From a virus (lineage: Duplodnaviria; Caudoviricetes): a stretch of DNA of 33,321 nt. The DNA lies in IMG/VR virus record IMGVR_UViG_3300044676_005607, positions 1 to 33,321 of that record; one strand, 5' to 3'. The notes under the pieces were generated by a model. It was given only the letters and a program-made list of their open reading frames with translations, had not been told where the DNA came from and made no database searches. The position numbers were made by a program, and so were the translations under genes. How positions within the stretch are numbered: the stretch's first letter is position 1; the number at the start of each line of letters is the position of its first letter. Shown piece after piece: positions 17,065 to 26,062 of this stretch.

Positions 17065-17928
17065 ATGTTAAACTTAGGTTTAGGCATAAAAGTTAAGAAG
17101 TTGGGGGGTGGTGCGCCACCTCCTCCACCTCGTGACCCAGATACCACAGCATTTATGAATGCAACAGGCATTCCAGATGATAGTACTGTTTACTATACTG
17201 GAACACCACAAGAAATAACAGGAACGGGGTTATGGACAGCGATAGATACGTTGGTACTAGATTTGAAAGATGCTAGTTTATGGAGCGATTTACAAGCATT
17301 TTACCCGTTTGTAGGTGGAACAGCAAGCACTCATAAATGGAACTTAAAAAATCCTTTAGATACTGATGCAGCTTTCAGATTAACTTGGGGTGGCGGAGTT
17401 ACTCATGATAGATTAGGTGTAACGGGCAATGGAACAAACGCATACGGAAACACTCACATAGTACCATCTACAGACATAAATGGAGATAGTTCATTTGGGT
17501 TTAAGATAGGGAATAATGCGGATAGTTTAGCGGTTATGGGAAGTATTTTAAATTTGTCTAATGGTGAGTATATGTATGTATATCCGAGATATAGTAATAA
17601 TGCATTGTTTACGCAATATGAAGATGTAAATTATACTTCTGGAAGTTATTCTAATACAGATTCAACAGGGTTTTACAGATTTAATCAATTAGGTACTGCA
17701 TACAAAGCTCTAAAAGATGACGTTTTAAAACTAAATAGAACTGTAACGGGAGTTTATCCTAATATCCCAATAGCGTTATTTTGCTTAAACACGGATAATG
17801 TAAGCTTTGCTGATTTCGGTGTTTTTAATGCTACTTCTTTTGACTTTTTTACTAAGGGGCTTAGTTCAGTAGAAATGACCGATTTAAACACAATTAAAAA
17901 CGATTTTGAAACAGCTTTGGCTAGATAA
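17065..17928 (+). CDS. Virion fibre/decoration protein, possible head spike
   Basis: MLNLGLG leader, GGGAPPPPP linker, YPFVGGTA..HKWNLKNP domain. Confidence 0.55.
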   Translation: MLNLGLGIKVKKLGGGAPPPPPRDPDTTAFMNATGIPDDSTVYYTGTPQEITGTGLWTAIDTLVLDLKDASLWSDLQAFYPFVGGTASTHKWNLKNPLDTDAAFRLTWGGGVTHDRLGVTGNGTNAYGNTHIVPSTDINGDSSFGFKIGNNADSLAVMGSILNLSNGEYMYVYPRYSNNALFTQYEDVNYTSGSYSNTDSTGFYRFNQLGTAYKALKDDVLKLNRTVTGVYPNIPIALFCLNTDNVSFADFGVFNATSFDFFTKGLSSVEMTDLNTIKNDFETALAR

Positions 17929-17929
17929 A

Positions 17930-18139
17930 ATGTATAAGATTAGTATAGAAACAGCGAATTTATTAAAGGGTAAAACCTTTGCAAAAGATATGATTTTTAA
18001 CCCAGTTCAAGATGTAAACGGAGATTGGTTTATTTCAAAAGAAGAAGTAAAAGGCAATACCAATTCGAGGTATAAAGACTTATTAGCAGGTTTAGAACTT
18101 GCTGAATTTGTACCACCTAAGCTTGAACTTGGTTTTTAA
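17930..18139 (+). CDS. Small hypothetical protein
   Basis: ATG at 17930 preferred over TTG 17906; FNPVQDVNGDWFIS.EE motif. Confidence 0.65.
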   Translation: MYKISIETANLLKGKTFAKDMIFNPVQDVNGDWFISKEEVKGNTNSRYKDLLAGLELAEFVPPKLELGF

Positions 18140-18227
18140 TTTTAATGATATTGGCAGCTATCATAGCGGACATAAACTTAAAGAGGTGAAAGCAGTTGGT
18201 GATAAAGAAGTAAAACCCTAAGAACAA

Positions 18228-18830
18228 ATGATTTACTTATTTCTGTTTTTATTAGTGTTTGTAACTATCATTTTTTTAGGAGTTAAAGACCCAAGCGTAC
18301 GAATTACAAAATACTTTACTTTAATGTTTGTAATGTTATTTTCAATGCACCTTTGGCATATCGATTTTAAGTCTTTGTATTCTGCATTTTTTATAGGTTT
18401 ATTCCTAGTAGATGAATGGCTTAGTTTAATCCCTAAAATAGACAAATGGAATAAAATGAAGCGGGTATCTGTAGCAGATATTGAACTTGTAGAATTTTCT
18501 GCTATTAATAAAATACCTAAAGATTATATTTTTGAAATGGCCGCTAATATTCATGGCAATGTGGTAGAAAAAACCCCTAACTTTATGAAGATAGTTTTTT
18601 GGATTAAAGGTGCGCTTGTTACAACTAAATACATAAAAGACTTTGAGAGCGATTTTAAGGTACTTTCAGGCAACTTTATAGTAAGCACTTATGATATTTA
18701 TGAAAATGAAACAAAGCACCATTTAAATAAAGGCGATAGGTTTCAAATAAACGCTTATGTACCTCATTCATTTGAGGCTTTTGATGATAAAGTTAAAATA
18801 GAAACTATCGCTAAAAAACATGAGCAATAG
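18228..18830 (+). CDS. Membrane protein with a degenerate cupin-like C-terminal domain
   Basis: About three N-terminal hydrophobic helices; FKVLSG...LNKGDRFQINAYVPHSFEA. Confidence 0.55.
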   Translation: MIYLFLFLLVFVTIIFLGVKDPSVRITKYFTLMFVMLFSMHLWHIDFKSLYSAFFIGLFLVDEWLSLIPKIDKWNKMKRVSVADIELVEFSAINKIPKDYIFEMAANIHGNVVEKTPNFMKIVFWIKGALVTTKYIKDFESDFKVLSGNFIVSTYDIYENETKHHLNKGDRFQINAYVPHSFEAFDDKVKIETIAKKHEQ

Positions 18831-19227
18831 AATAGGATTATTTTGCATAGATATAGTTTTATCTATTATGATATTACAAAGTGTAGATAGTTCTATGGTA
18901 CTCTATGTTATAGGAATCATTTGTATTCTTGCAGCTAAAATAGCCCTGATATGGAACGATAAAGCTAAACTAACAACCAAAGCAATAGTTATTACAAGCG
19001 TTTTAAGTATCACTGGTGGGTACATAGGCTATTTGCTTGGGTTAATATGGTTTCCAGATAGAGAAATGGTTAGGCTGGGAATACTATTGCTTTTTGTCTA
19101 TCTTGGTGATACTATTCTAATTGGTTTAAAAGCACAGTTTCCTGAATTATACAAGTCAATTTTAAAGGGTGGTGCAAACGCTATTATTAAGAAAATAGGG
19201 GGAGATAAAGAAGAAAGCGAACTATGA
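18820..19227 (+). CDS. Putative holin
   Basis: 135 aa, 3-4 TM segments, charged C-terminus, overlaps the endolysin start. Confidence 0.65.
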   Translation: MSNRIGLFCIDIVLSIMILQSVDSSMVLYVIGIICILAAKIALIWNDKAKLTTKAIVITSVLSITGGYIGYLLGLIWFPDREMVRLGILLLFVYLGDTILIGLKAQFPELYKSILKGGANAIIKKIGGDKEESEL

Positions 19228-19706
19228 GAATATCGGAAAACTTTACTTTAAAAGAACTTACTATTAGTCAAACAGCAGTAAGAAAACAATATAAAGAGCA
19301 ATTTGATCCAAGTGCCGAAATAATAAACAACCTTAAAACTTTAGCTGAAGAGATTTTGCAACCTGCTAGGGCTAGGCTAGGCTGCCCAATAAGGGTAAGT
19401 AGTGGGTATAGGTGTTTAAGAGTAAATAAGTCAATCGGTGGAAGTTCAACAAGCGACCACGTTAAAGGTTTAGCAGCTGATGTACATAACACCAATGGGA
19501 GTGATATTGAAATTGCAAAAGTTATTTTATTAATGGGTTTACCTTTTAAGCAAATGATTATAGAATTTGGAACACTTGCAGAACCAAGCTGGGTGCATAT
19601 CAGCTACGATAAGTTTAACAATAAGCAACAAATATTAAGGGCATACAAACAGGGTAGGGCTACAAAATACAAAACACTAACAAGAAAGGATATTTTAGAT
19701 GTATAA
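19224..19706 (+). CDS. Endolysin, peptidase M15 family
   Basis: SENFTLKE, SSGYRC..VN..IGG...SDH..G.AAD, WVHISY zinc-peptidase motifs. Confidence 0.9.
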   Translation: MRISENFTLKELTISQTAVRKQYKEQFDPSAEIINNLKTLAEEILQPARARLGCPIRVSSGYRCLRVNKSIGGSSTSDHVKGLAADVHNTNGSDIEIAKVILLMGLPFKQMIIEFGTLAEPSWVHISYDKFNNKQQILRAYKQGRATKYKTLTRKDILDV

Positions 19707-20121
19707 ACGCATTTTAATAACGATATTAGCGACTTTCTTATTTATTGGGTGTAACACGCAACGAAAGTGCCAAAGGTTATTTAAAAAGCACCCTAAATGC
19801 TTCACAAGCGATACTCTGATACAATATGATACTATAAAGGGAATTGAATTTGATACTATCTTAATCGGTAGAAATACAATAGATACTTTTATGGTAGATA
19901 GCGGAGGTATTCAGGTTCAAACCATTGTAAGGTGGAAAACCAAAACTTTGTATCAAAAGGTAATTGAAAAAGATACGATTTTAGAAACCAAAACTATTAG
20001 GCAGATACCTAATCCAATAGTAATAAATGAAAAGCCTAAATGGTTGAGCGGCTTATTAATAAGCCTATTTCTGTTTATTGTTTTATTACTTGGTTTGGTT
20101 TACCTTCTCTTTAAAAAATAA
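19699..20121 (+). CDS. Putative unimolecular spanin
   Basis: N-terminal lipobox (FLFIG-C), beta-rich middle, C-terminal TM helix; follows the endolysin. Confidence 0.6.
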   Translation: MYKRILITILATFLFIGCNTQRKCQRLFKKHPKCFTSDTLIQYDTIKGIEFDTILIGRNTIDTFMVDSGGIQVQTIVRWKTKTLYQKVIEKDTILETKTIRQIPNPIVINEKPKWLSGLLISLFLFIVLLLGLVYLLFKK

Positions 20122-20124
20122 ACT

Positions 20125-20958
20125 ATGATAGTAACTAAAAAGAATGACATTTTAGAAGTTAAATTTACTTCTAAGGTGAATTTTAAACAGCACATAATGT
20201 TTTCTAGTGATTGGCACTTTGATAACTCACATTGCAAAAGAACGCTTTTAGCAGAACACTTAAAAGAAGCTGAAGATAAAAAAGCACCTGTTATTTGCGC
20301 TGGTGATGCGCTTTGTTTAATGCAAGGCAAGTACGACCCAAGAAAGTCAAATAGCAGTTTAAAGCCTGAACACATGAAAACCTATCTTGATGATATTATT
20401 GAAGATACAGCCGACTTTTTAAGCAAGTACAAACTAACATACATATTTTTTGAAGGCAACCATGAATCAAACATACGTGAACGACTTGGAACAGATATGC
20501 TTAAACGCTTAGTAAAAGAATTGCAGCACAGAGGTTTAAACGCTTACAGCTTCGGCTATCAAGGTTTTATAAGGTTTCAGTTTAGGGTAATAAACGCCAC
20601 GTTTAGCTTGCTTTATGCTACGCATCATGGAAATTGGGGTGGGGTTGTTTCGAAGGGTGTTCAATCGGTTGCAAGGTATTCAAGTATATTTCCACAGGCG
20701 GATATATTTCATTCAGGCCATACTCATGATAGCTGGGTAGTTCCTGATCGTAGATACTGGGTTAATCAAATAGGTAATATAGTGCAAAAAAATCAATGGC
20801 ACTTAAAAACACCTACTTATAAAGATGAATTTGAAGGTGCAAGGGGCTGGGCAGTTGAGAAGATAGTTAAACCTAAACCATTGGGCTGTATCTTTGGCAA
20901 GATAAAGGTAAACAAAACCACAGGCATAGAACTAAACTTTGATTTAAAAGTTACATGA
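20125..20958 (+). CDS. Calcineurin-like metallophosphoesterase
   Basis: SDWH, AGD, EGNHE, HHG, GHTH motifs in canonical order. Confidence 0.85.
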   Translation: MIVTKKNDILEVKFTSKVNFKQHIMFSSDWHFDNSHCKRTLLAEHLKEAEDKKAPVICAGDALCLMQGKYDPRKSNSSLKPEHMKTYLDDIIEDTADFLSKYKLTYIFFEGNHESNIRERLGTDMLKRLVKELQHRGLNAYSFGYQGFIRFQFRVINATFSLLYATHHGNWGGVVSKGVQSVARYSSIFPQADIFHSGHTHDSWVVPDRRYWVNQIGNIVQKNQWHLKTPTYKDEFEGARGWAVEKIVKPKPLGCIFGKIKVNKTTGIELNFDLKVT

Positions 20959-21413
20959 TAGCAATTATCGGGCATGGTGGGCATGGTAAAAGTACACTTG
21001 CTGATATTATTGCAAAAGAGCATGAAATTTCATGGATAGATACAAGCCTTGCAGCGTTTAATCTTTTTATTTGGAAACAACTCAAAGGCATTTATAAAAC
21101 TAAGAGAGATTGCCTGCTTGATCGTGTAAACAATAGGCAGCTATGGTTTGACATGATAAGCGAATTTTGCAAAGATGACCCAAGCGCATTGATAACGCAC
21201 ATAGATAAGTACTTTAATATGGTTGTGGGTATTCGCAGCCGTAGGGAGTTTGATGCAAGCAAGCACCTGTTTCATTTAGTGATAGGTGTATGGCGTGAAG
21301 GCTATGATTTAGACCCTACCTTTGAACTTGATATTATTAAAGATAGTGATATTTTGGTGCAAAGCACTTCTATTGAAGCACTAGAGCAATTTTCAACCAG
21401 TAGAAGCTTTTGA
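20955..21413 (+). CDS. P-loop nucleotide kinase-like protein
   Basis: IAIIGHGGHGKST Walker A; VGIRSRREF motif resembling dNMP kinases. Confidence 0.65.
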   Translation: MIAIIGHGGHGKSTLADIIAKEHEISWIDTSLAAFNLFIWKQLKGIYKTKRDCLLDRVNNRQLWFDMISEFCKDDPSALITHIDKYFNMVVGIRSRREFDASKHLFHLVIGVWREGYDLDPTFELDIIKDSDILVQSTSIEALEQFSTSRSF

Positions 21414-21416
21414 TAG

Positions 21417-21734
21417 CTAGTAAATTGTTCTGTAATAAAGATTTATATTGTTTTCTTTTGCGTATTTCTCAGCATATTTCATACCTATACTCATACCATA
21501 GTCAATATAAAAAACTGTATAATCAGCAACATTAGACCATATCAACCCAGCGGATATACCTAGTTCTCTTTCATGCTTTATATTATCGTTTAATACCCCT
21601 TCTTGAGTGTATAGCAAATGGCTTGCTATTGGTGATTCGCCTTTCATTAAACTATCTCTAATACATTCGCGGGCGTATTTTACGTTCCTTTCAATATCTC
21701 CTGCATAGGGGCTTTCTATTACTACTCTTTTCAT
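21417..21734 (-). CDS. Nucleoside 2-deoxyribosyltransferase-like fold protein (DUF4406/DUF7768-like)
   Basis: VVIESPYAGD..RN..YA, SPIASHLLY, GMS.GM motifs. Confidence 0.6.
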   Translation of the reverse strand: MKRVVIESPYAGDIERNVKYARECIRDSLMKGESPIASHLLYTQEGVLNDNIKHERELGISAGLIWSNVADYTVFYIDYGMSIGMKYAEKYAKENNINLYYRTIY

Positions 21735-21736
21735 TA

Positions 21737-23974
21737 TTAAAATAGGCTTAAAACTGTGCTTTTTTCTAAATCAATAGATTTGTGATTCTTTACATTTATA
21801 TCAAAGTAGCTTTCTTTTAATTCAATAGAAACGCTTTTGCGGTTCATTTTAATAGCTTGATAACCCTCGCTACCTATCCCTCCAAAGAAACTGCCTACTA
21901 CTTCTCCCTCGTTTGAATACAAGTGTATTATCCTTTGGATAGTATCTAACTGTAAAGGGCAAATGTGCTTTTCATCATTACCATCTCTAGCCGATCGGTA
22001 TTGCAATGTTCTCCCATAATCAATATCCATCCAAACAGGGCTGGCATACTTTTGCCATAAATCAACTGGCAAATAATTAGGCTTATCATTGTCAGTATCT
22101 TGGTGCTTTATTGGTGTTTCGTTATCCCCGCTATTTCTAAAAAACAAAACATAGTCAGGAATACCAACTCTACTCATTACGCTATCCTTTTTAATAGTCT
22201 TATGGAGTAGACCGAGTGCTTTTGTTCTTTGCATTTCTGTAACTGGGTTCTTCCATATTGTAGTTCTTGCATGGTAAATAAAACCTTGTTCTGTAAACCA
22301 ATCAATTAGCATCCCGCTAAAATCTCTTAACCCTATAAAACCCTCTTTGCCTTTTTGAATAGGTAAATCCATGCAATGAACAGCGCATATTCTGCCATCT
22401 TTTAGCGTTCTTTTTATTTGCGGGATTAAGTGCTTAAAGTGTTGTTCAAACTGCTTATAATCGCTTACATTGCCCATGTCCTCAGGTTTGTCAGAGTAAA
22501 CGTAAAGTTCAGCAAATGGCGGGCTAAATACAACCAAATCTAATGAGTTAGATTCTAGTTTTTGGCTTTCTTTTACGCAATCACCATTTATAACGTGGTA
22601 GTTTTCGGTTTTTATTTCTTTGTTCTTTATCATGAATTTTGATTTGTTAGTTTTATAATCTGAATCAGCAGAATATTTGCTCATTTCGGATATCATTTCA
22701 AAGTGCTTTTTTTCTTTTTGTAGTATTGTCTTTCTTACGTTCTCTTGGCTTTGTGGCACTAATAAATGAACCTTAACTTTATTCTTTTGCCCAAACCTAT
22801 AACATCTTCTAACAGCTTGATAGAACGCTTCAAACTTGAAATCATAAGAAGTGAATACCATATTAAAACATTGCTGGTAATTCATACCAAACGATGCTAT
22901 ACTTGTTTTGGTTATTAGCGTTTTAAACTCTTTATCTGCAAAACCATTTAAGTTTTTAGCTTTATATTCTGCCTTATCAGATCCTTGAACATTAACGCTA
23001 TCATTCAAAACTTTTTTAAGGGCGGTTGCCTCATCGTTTTTTAAAGTCCACACAATCCACTGGTCATCATTTGAATTTACAAGGTCTATGGTTTTTTGAA
23101 CTCTACTATCGAATGATCGCTTTAAATCTCTATGCAATTCAGTAGCACTTACCGCAACATCGCCAAATAGATTTTCGCTTGTGTTTTCAACTTCTATAAT
23201 ATGTTCAATATATTCTATTTCAGGCAAATCATAACCGCAACCATCAAAGCCTAATGTAGTAGGCGTATCAATAGATATTGACCATGTGCAAACGTATTTC
23301 CAAAAACTATCTTTTGCGTGCTTTCTTAATCTCCATTTGCTTGTTTCTCCTCCATCATGCACAAAGAACATTGCAAGCATTTCTAAATAAGGCATTGCCC
23401 CTAAAAATTCACTATGCTGCCCTAGTTCCATGTGATCGTTAGGAGATGGTGTGGCAGTACAAGCTAGCTTATAAGGTGTATTTTTAAAGCTATCAATTAT
23501 AAACCTTGATAGTTTACCATCCCTACCTTTCAATATGCTACTTTCATCTAAAACGACTCCACTAAAAACGCTTGTATCAATGTTTTTTATTTGCTCATAG
23601 TTTGTGATATAGATGCCATTTAAACTGCCTATAATGTTATCGATATTTGTATTTAGATTTTCAATATCAATGTTGAACTTACTACCCTCTTTAATTGTTT
23701 GAGCAACAACAGCCAAAGGTGCAAGTATTAATACAGGCTTTTTAGTATGTATGTTTACTTGTTTAGCCCATTCTAATTGCTGGAATGTTTTACCAAGCCC
23801 GCAATCTTCAAATAGTGCAAACCTCCCTTTTTTCAGGGCTATTTTAATGCAGTACTTTTGGAAGTCCTTTAGTTTAGGGTTTAATCCTGATTCGTTAATG
23901 TCAAAACCGCTGGCGATAAATGACTTTTTTTTAGTTTCTAAAAAATCTAGGTATTCTGTGTTTGTGTTTGTCAT
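21737..23974 (-). CDS. SNF2-like helicase fused to an amino (N4C/N6A) DNA methyltransferase
   Basis: GLGKT, DESS, TATP, QAVRRCYRFGQ helicase motifs; then GDC, SPPF, HICPLQ, FGGIGS methylase motifs. Confidence 0.88.
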   Translation of the reverse strand: MTNTNTEYLDFLETKKKSFIASGFDINESGLNPKLKDFQKYCIKIALKKGRFALFEDCGLGKTFQQLEWAKQVNIHTKKPVLILAPLAVVAQTIKEGSKFNIDIENLNTNIDNIIGSLNGIYITNYEQIKNIDTSVFSGVVLDESSILKGRDGKLSRFIIDSFKNTPYKLACTATPSPNDHMELGQHSEFLGAMPYLEMLAMFFVHDGGETSKWRLRKHAKDSFWKYVCTWSISIDTPTTLGFDGCGYDLPEIEYIEHIIEVENTSENLFGDVAVSATELHRDLKRSFDSRVQKTIDLVNSNDDQWIVWTLKNDEATALKKVLNDSVNVQGSDKAEYKAKNLNGFADKEFKTLITKTSIASFGMNYQQCFNMVFTSYDFKFEAFYQAVRRCYRFGQKNKVKVHLLVPQSQENVRKTILQKEKKHFEMISEMSKYSADSDYKTNKSKFMIKNKEIKTENYHVINGDCVKESQKLESNSLDLVVFSPPFAELYVYSDKPEDMGNVSDYKQFEQHFKHLIPQIKRTLKDGRICAVHCMDLPIQKGKEGFIGLRDFSGMLIDWFTEQGFIYHARTTIWKNPVTEMQRTKALGLLHKTIKKDSVMSRVGIPDYVLFFRNSGDNETPIKHQDTDNDKPNYLPVDLWQKYASPVWMDIDYGRTLQYRSARDGNDEKHICPLQLDTIQRIIHLYSNEGEVVGSFFGGIGSEGYQAIKMNRKSVSIELKESYFDINVKNHKSIDLEKSTVLSLF

Positions 23975-23992
23975 AGTGTTTTATTATACTAG

Positions 23993-24000
23993 CAAATGTA
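23993..24000 (-). promoter_or_regulatory. Bacteroidota -7 promoter element TACATTTG
   Basis: Exact TAnnTTTG in the AT-rich gap upstream of the helicase-methylase. Confidence 0.6.
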
Positions 24001-24052
24001 ATTAAAATAATTTTATTTATTACTATTTTTTTATATCAATTTGCTTTTAATG

Positions 24053-24418
24053 TTATCTGTTTAGTACGTTAATCATTGATGCCATGCTATCCAGGACTTT
24101 GTTATAACTCCCTAGCATTATCTTTGCGCCCTTTGCCTCGCTTTCTGCAATAGCCTCATCTATTCTTAATTGTTCGTGTTCAACTATCGCAGCCGATTCT
24201 TTTTCTAAGATCGTGCCTGTATTTGTAATCTTACTTTTTGCCTCTGCTATTTTGCGCTCTTGGTATAAAGTATGATATTGACTAACAGCTTTTTTCTCTG
24301 CCTCTGCTATGCTTACGCATACTATTGATAGTTCCCTACGAGCCTCTAAGAGCGTATCTAAGCCCTGTTCTAATCGGTAGGTAGCAAACCATTCTATAAT
24401 GTCCTTTGCGTTGCTCAC
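24053..24418 (-). CDS. Hypothetical helical protein in the recombination cluster
   Basis: 121-aa coiled-coil-like ORF; GTG start overlapping the upstream stop. Confidence 0.65.
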   Translation of the reverse strand: MSNAKDIIEWFATYRLEQGLDTLLEARRELSIVCVSIAEAEKKAVSQYHTLYQERKIAEAKSKITNTGTILEKESAAIVEHEQLRIDEAIAESEAKGAKIMLGSYNKVLDSMASMINVLNR

Positions 24419-24813
24419 AGCTTTACTATTAATGAATCCTTAGAAAATGAAACTTTTGCAGGCGGTATCTCTTCGCCTGTATCTGAATCAATCGCTACCG
24501 ATCCATTCTTTAAACTAGCCTTTGCAATATCTTCTAGCCTTTTTAATTCAGCTTTTTTATCTTTCCATAGGTCGATGTGGTCAAACTTATAAGTGCTTTT
24601 ACCATTCCTAAGTTCAAAGTTTAACCCTAAATGCTCGAAGGTTTTATCTTCAAACTTTTCTGCCTCGGTTAAAGCGTGTTCCTTTACGTTATCGATGCTT
24701 ATCTTTAAATGCTTTTCAAGGTCTTTTAAGTAGGCATAGATTTCAAGAGGGTCAGACATACCCTCTTGAACCCTTACAACTGCCTCCGATATTGTTTCCT
24801 TAAACGAGTTCAC
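24415..24813 (-). CDS. Hypothetical protein adjacent to ERF
   Basis: 132 aa; DPLE, IDSDTGEEIPPA motifs. Confidence 0.7.
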   Translation of the reverse strand: MNSFKETISEAVVRVQEGMSDPLEIYAYLKDLEKHLKISIDNVKEHALTEAEKFEDKTFEHLGLNFELRNGKSTYKFDHIDLWKDKKAELKRLEDIAKASLKNGSVAIDSDTGEEIPPAKVSFSKDSLIVKL

Positions 24814-25300
24814 TTTTAACCTCCTCTCTCATTTTGTACTTTTTCAATATGTCATTAAGATTGCCACCATCAGCAATAAATACTTTAGCCTTTTCAAACT
24901 CAGGCGTTCCTTTGTTTAGCCATTTCTTATCGTCTTTTGGTGTGCTTGCTTTGTTGCCATCGTCATCTTCTGCTTGAAGTCCTAACAATGATTGCAAAGT
25001 ATATCTTCTGTAATACGTTACACAACTTCCTAGCTTTTGAGGATCGGATAGTTCCGGTAACTTCATTTCGCTTACTACTTTTTCTCCGCTATCAATATCT
25101 ATTAAAATTGATTGCTGGCAACCATCTACAATCGGCTGCAATAGTAGCAACTTCTCTTTTTGTAGTAATGGTTGCAAGTGGCTTATCAATCCATTAATAT
25201 CAAAGTACTTTGATTTGAAGAAAGGGTTTGTTGATTCCTTACTGATTGCTCCAACTTCGCCTTGAAGTTTAAAAAGCTTTTGTGCTATTTTAGTTTCCAT
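24800..25300 (-). CDS. ERF family single-strand annealing protein
   Basis: NPFFKSKY, PQKLGSCVTYYRRYTLQSLLGL, EDDDGN. Confidence 0.9.
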   Translation of the reverse strand: METKIAQKLFKLQGEVGAISKESTNPFFKSKYFDINGLISHLQPLLQKEKLLLLQPIVDGCQQSILIDIDSGEKVVSEMKLPELSDPQKLGSCVTYYRRYTLQSLLGLQAEDDDGNKASTPKDDKKWLNKGTPEFEKAKVFIADGGNLNDILKKYKMREEVKSELV

Positions 25301-25302
25301 AT

Positions 25303-25659
25303 TTATTCTTTTATTAGGTTATCGAATGTTAATTGATCGCATTGCTTGTAAAAATAGTTCGAGCCATTTGTAAAGCTAAAACTTAAACCATCCTCAACTT
25401 GATACAAGGAGTTTAATACAGTCGAGTGGTGTGCCATACCGCTTTTCATTCCTATGCTTGTGAGTGCCATTCTTGTATGCTTTCTGAGCAAGTATCTATA
25501 AGCGTGGCGTATCTTTATAATATCCTCGTTTCGTTTCTTGCTTTCTATCGCTTGCTCAACTTCTCTTAGGGTTATTCCTAAAAGGTCGGAGATTCGTTTT
25601 TTTGCTGATTGTTCTACTATGTTATTCATTTCTTTATTATCTTTCATTTTGGTGTGCAA
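25303..25659 (-). CDS. Stand-alone DnaA domain IV-like HTH protein (start uncertain)
   Basis: SKKR...IRH...YLLR......TSIG....HHSTVL matches the DnaA C-terminal signature. Confidence 0.65.
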   Translation of the reverse strand: MHTKMKDNKEMNNIVEQSAKKRISDLLGITLREVEQAIESKKRNEDIIKIRHAYRYLLRKHTRMALTSIGMKSGMAHHSTVLNSLYQVEDGLSFSFTNGSNYFYKQCDQLTFDNLIKE

Positions 25660-25939
25660 ATAGTTTAGCTGTATCTGATAGGGTGTTAAACCTGTGAACG
25701 TAAATTTTTAACCTGAATGCCGTTTTCTTTTTTGATGAACATTGCCACCATTTAGCGTTTCTTAAAAAGCTGATCATTTCGGCTATTTCTTCTTTATAGT
25801 AAACAGCATCAAGCTTTTGGTTCAGCTTTATTAGTTCAACTCTTGCTGCTTCTATTTTCATTTTTATTACTGTGTCTGAACTTCTTTCAAGTTTCTTGAT
25901 TGAGGTTTCAACTTCTTTTATTCTTTGCTTTGTATTCAT
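25637..25939 (-). CDS. Hypothetical protein
   Basis: 100-aa ORF, co-oriented and overlapping neighbours. Confidence 0.6.
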   Translation of the reverse strand: MNTKQRIKEVETSIKKLERSSDTVIKMKIEAARVELIKLNQKLDAVYYKEEIAEMISFLRNAKWWQCSSKKKTAFRLKIYVHRFNTLSDTAKLFAHQNER

Positions 25940-26055
25940 AATTTACCTTGCTTTAAATTTCTATACCAAACTGCCCAGCGTAAAAAAGCATAATAGCTAT
26001 CAAACTTCTGAACAGTTCTTTCTACATCCATGTTAAAAAATATTGTTGTTTTCAT
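25936..26055 (-). CDS. 39-aa micro-ORF MKTTIFFNMDVERTVQKFDSYYAFLRWAVWYRNLKQGKL
   Basis: AACACT-ATG start context; ATGA overlap with the next gene. Confidence 0.6.
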   Translation of the reverse strand: MKTTIFFNMDVERTVQKFDSYYAFLRWAVWYRNLKQGKL

Positions 26056-26062
26056 AGTGTTT

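Noticed and set aside
20812-20826. Partial minus-strand match (TTTATAAGTAG) to the late promoter motif
   Set aside because: Lacks the TTACG half and lies antisense inside a gene
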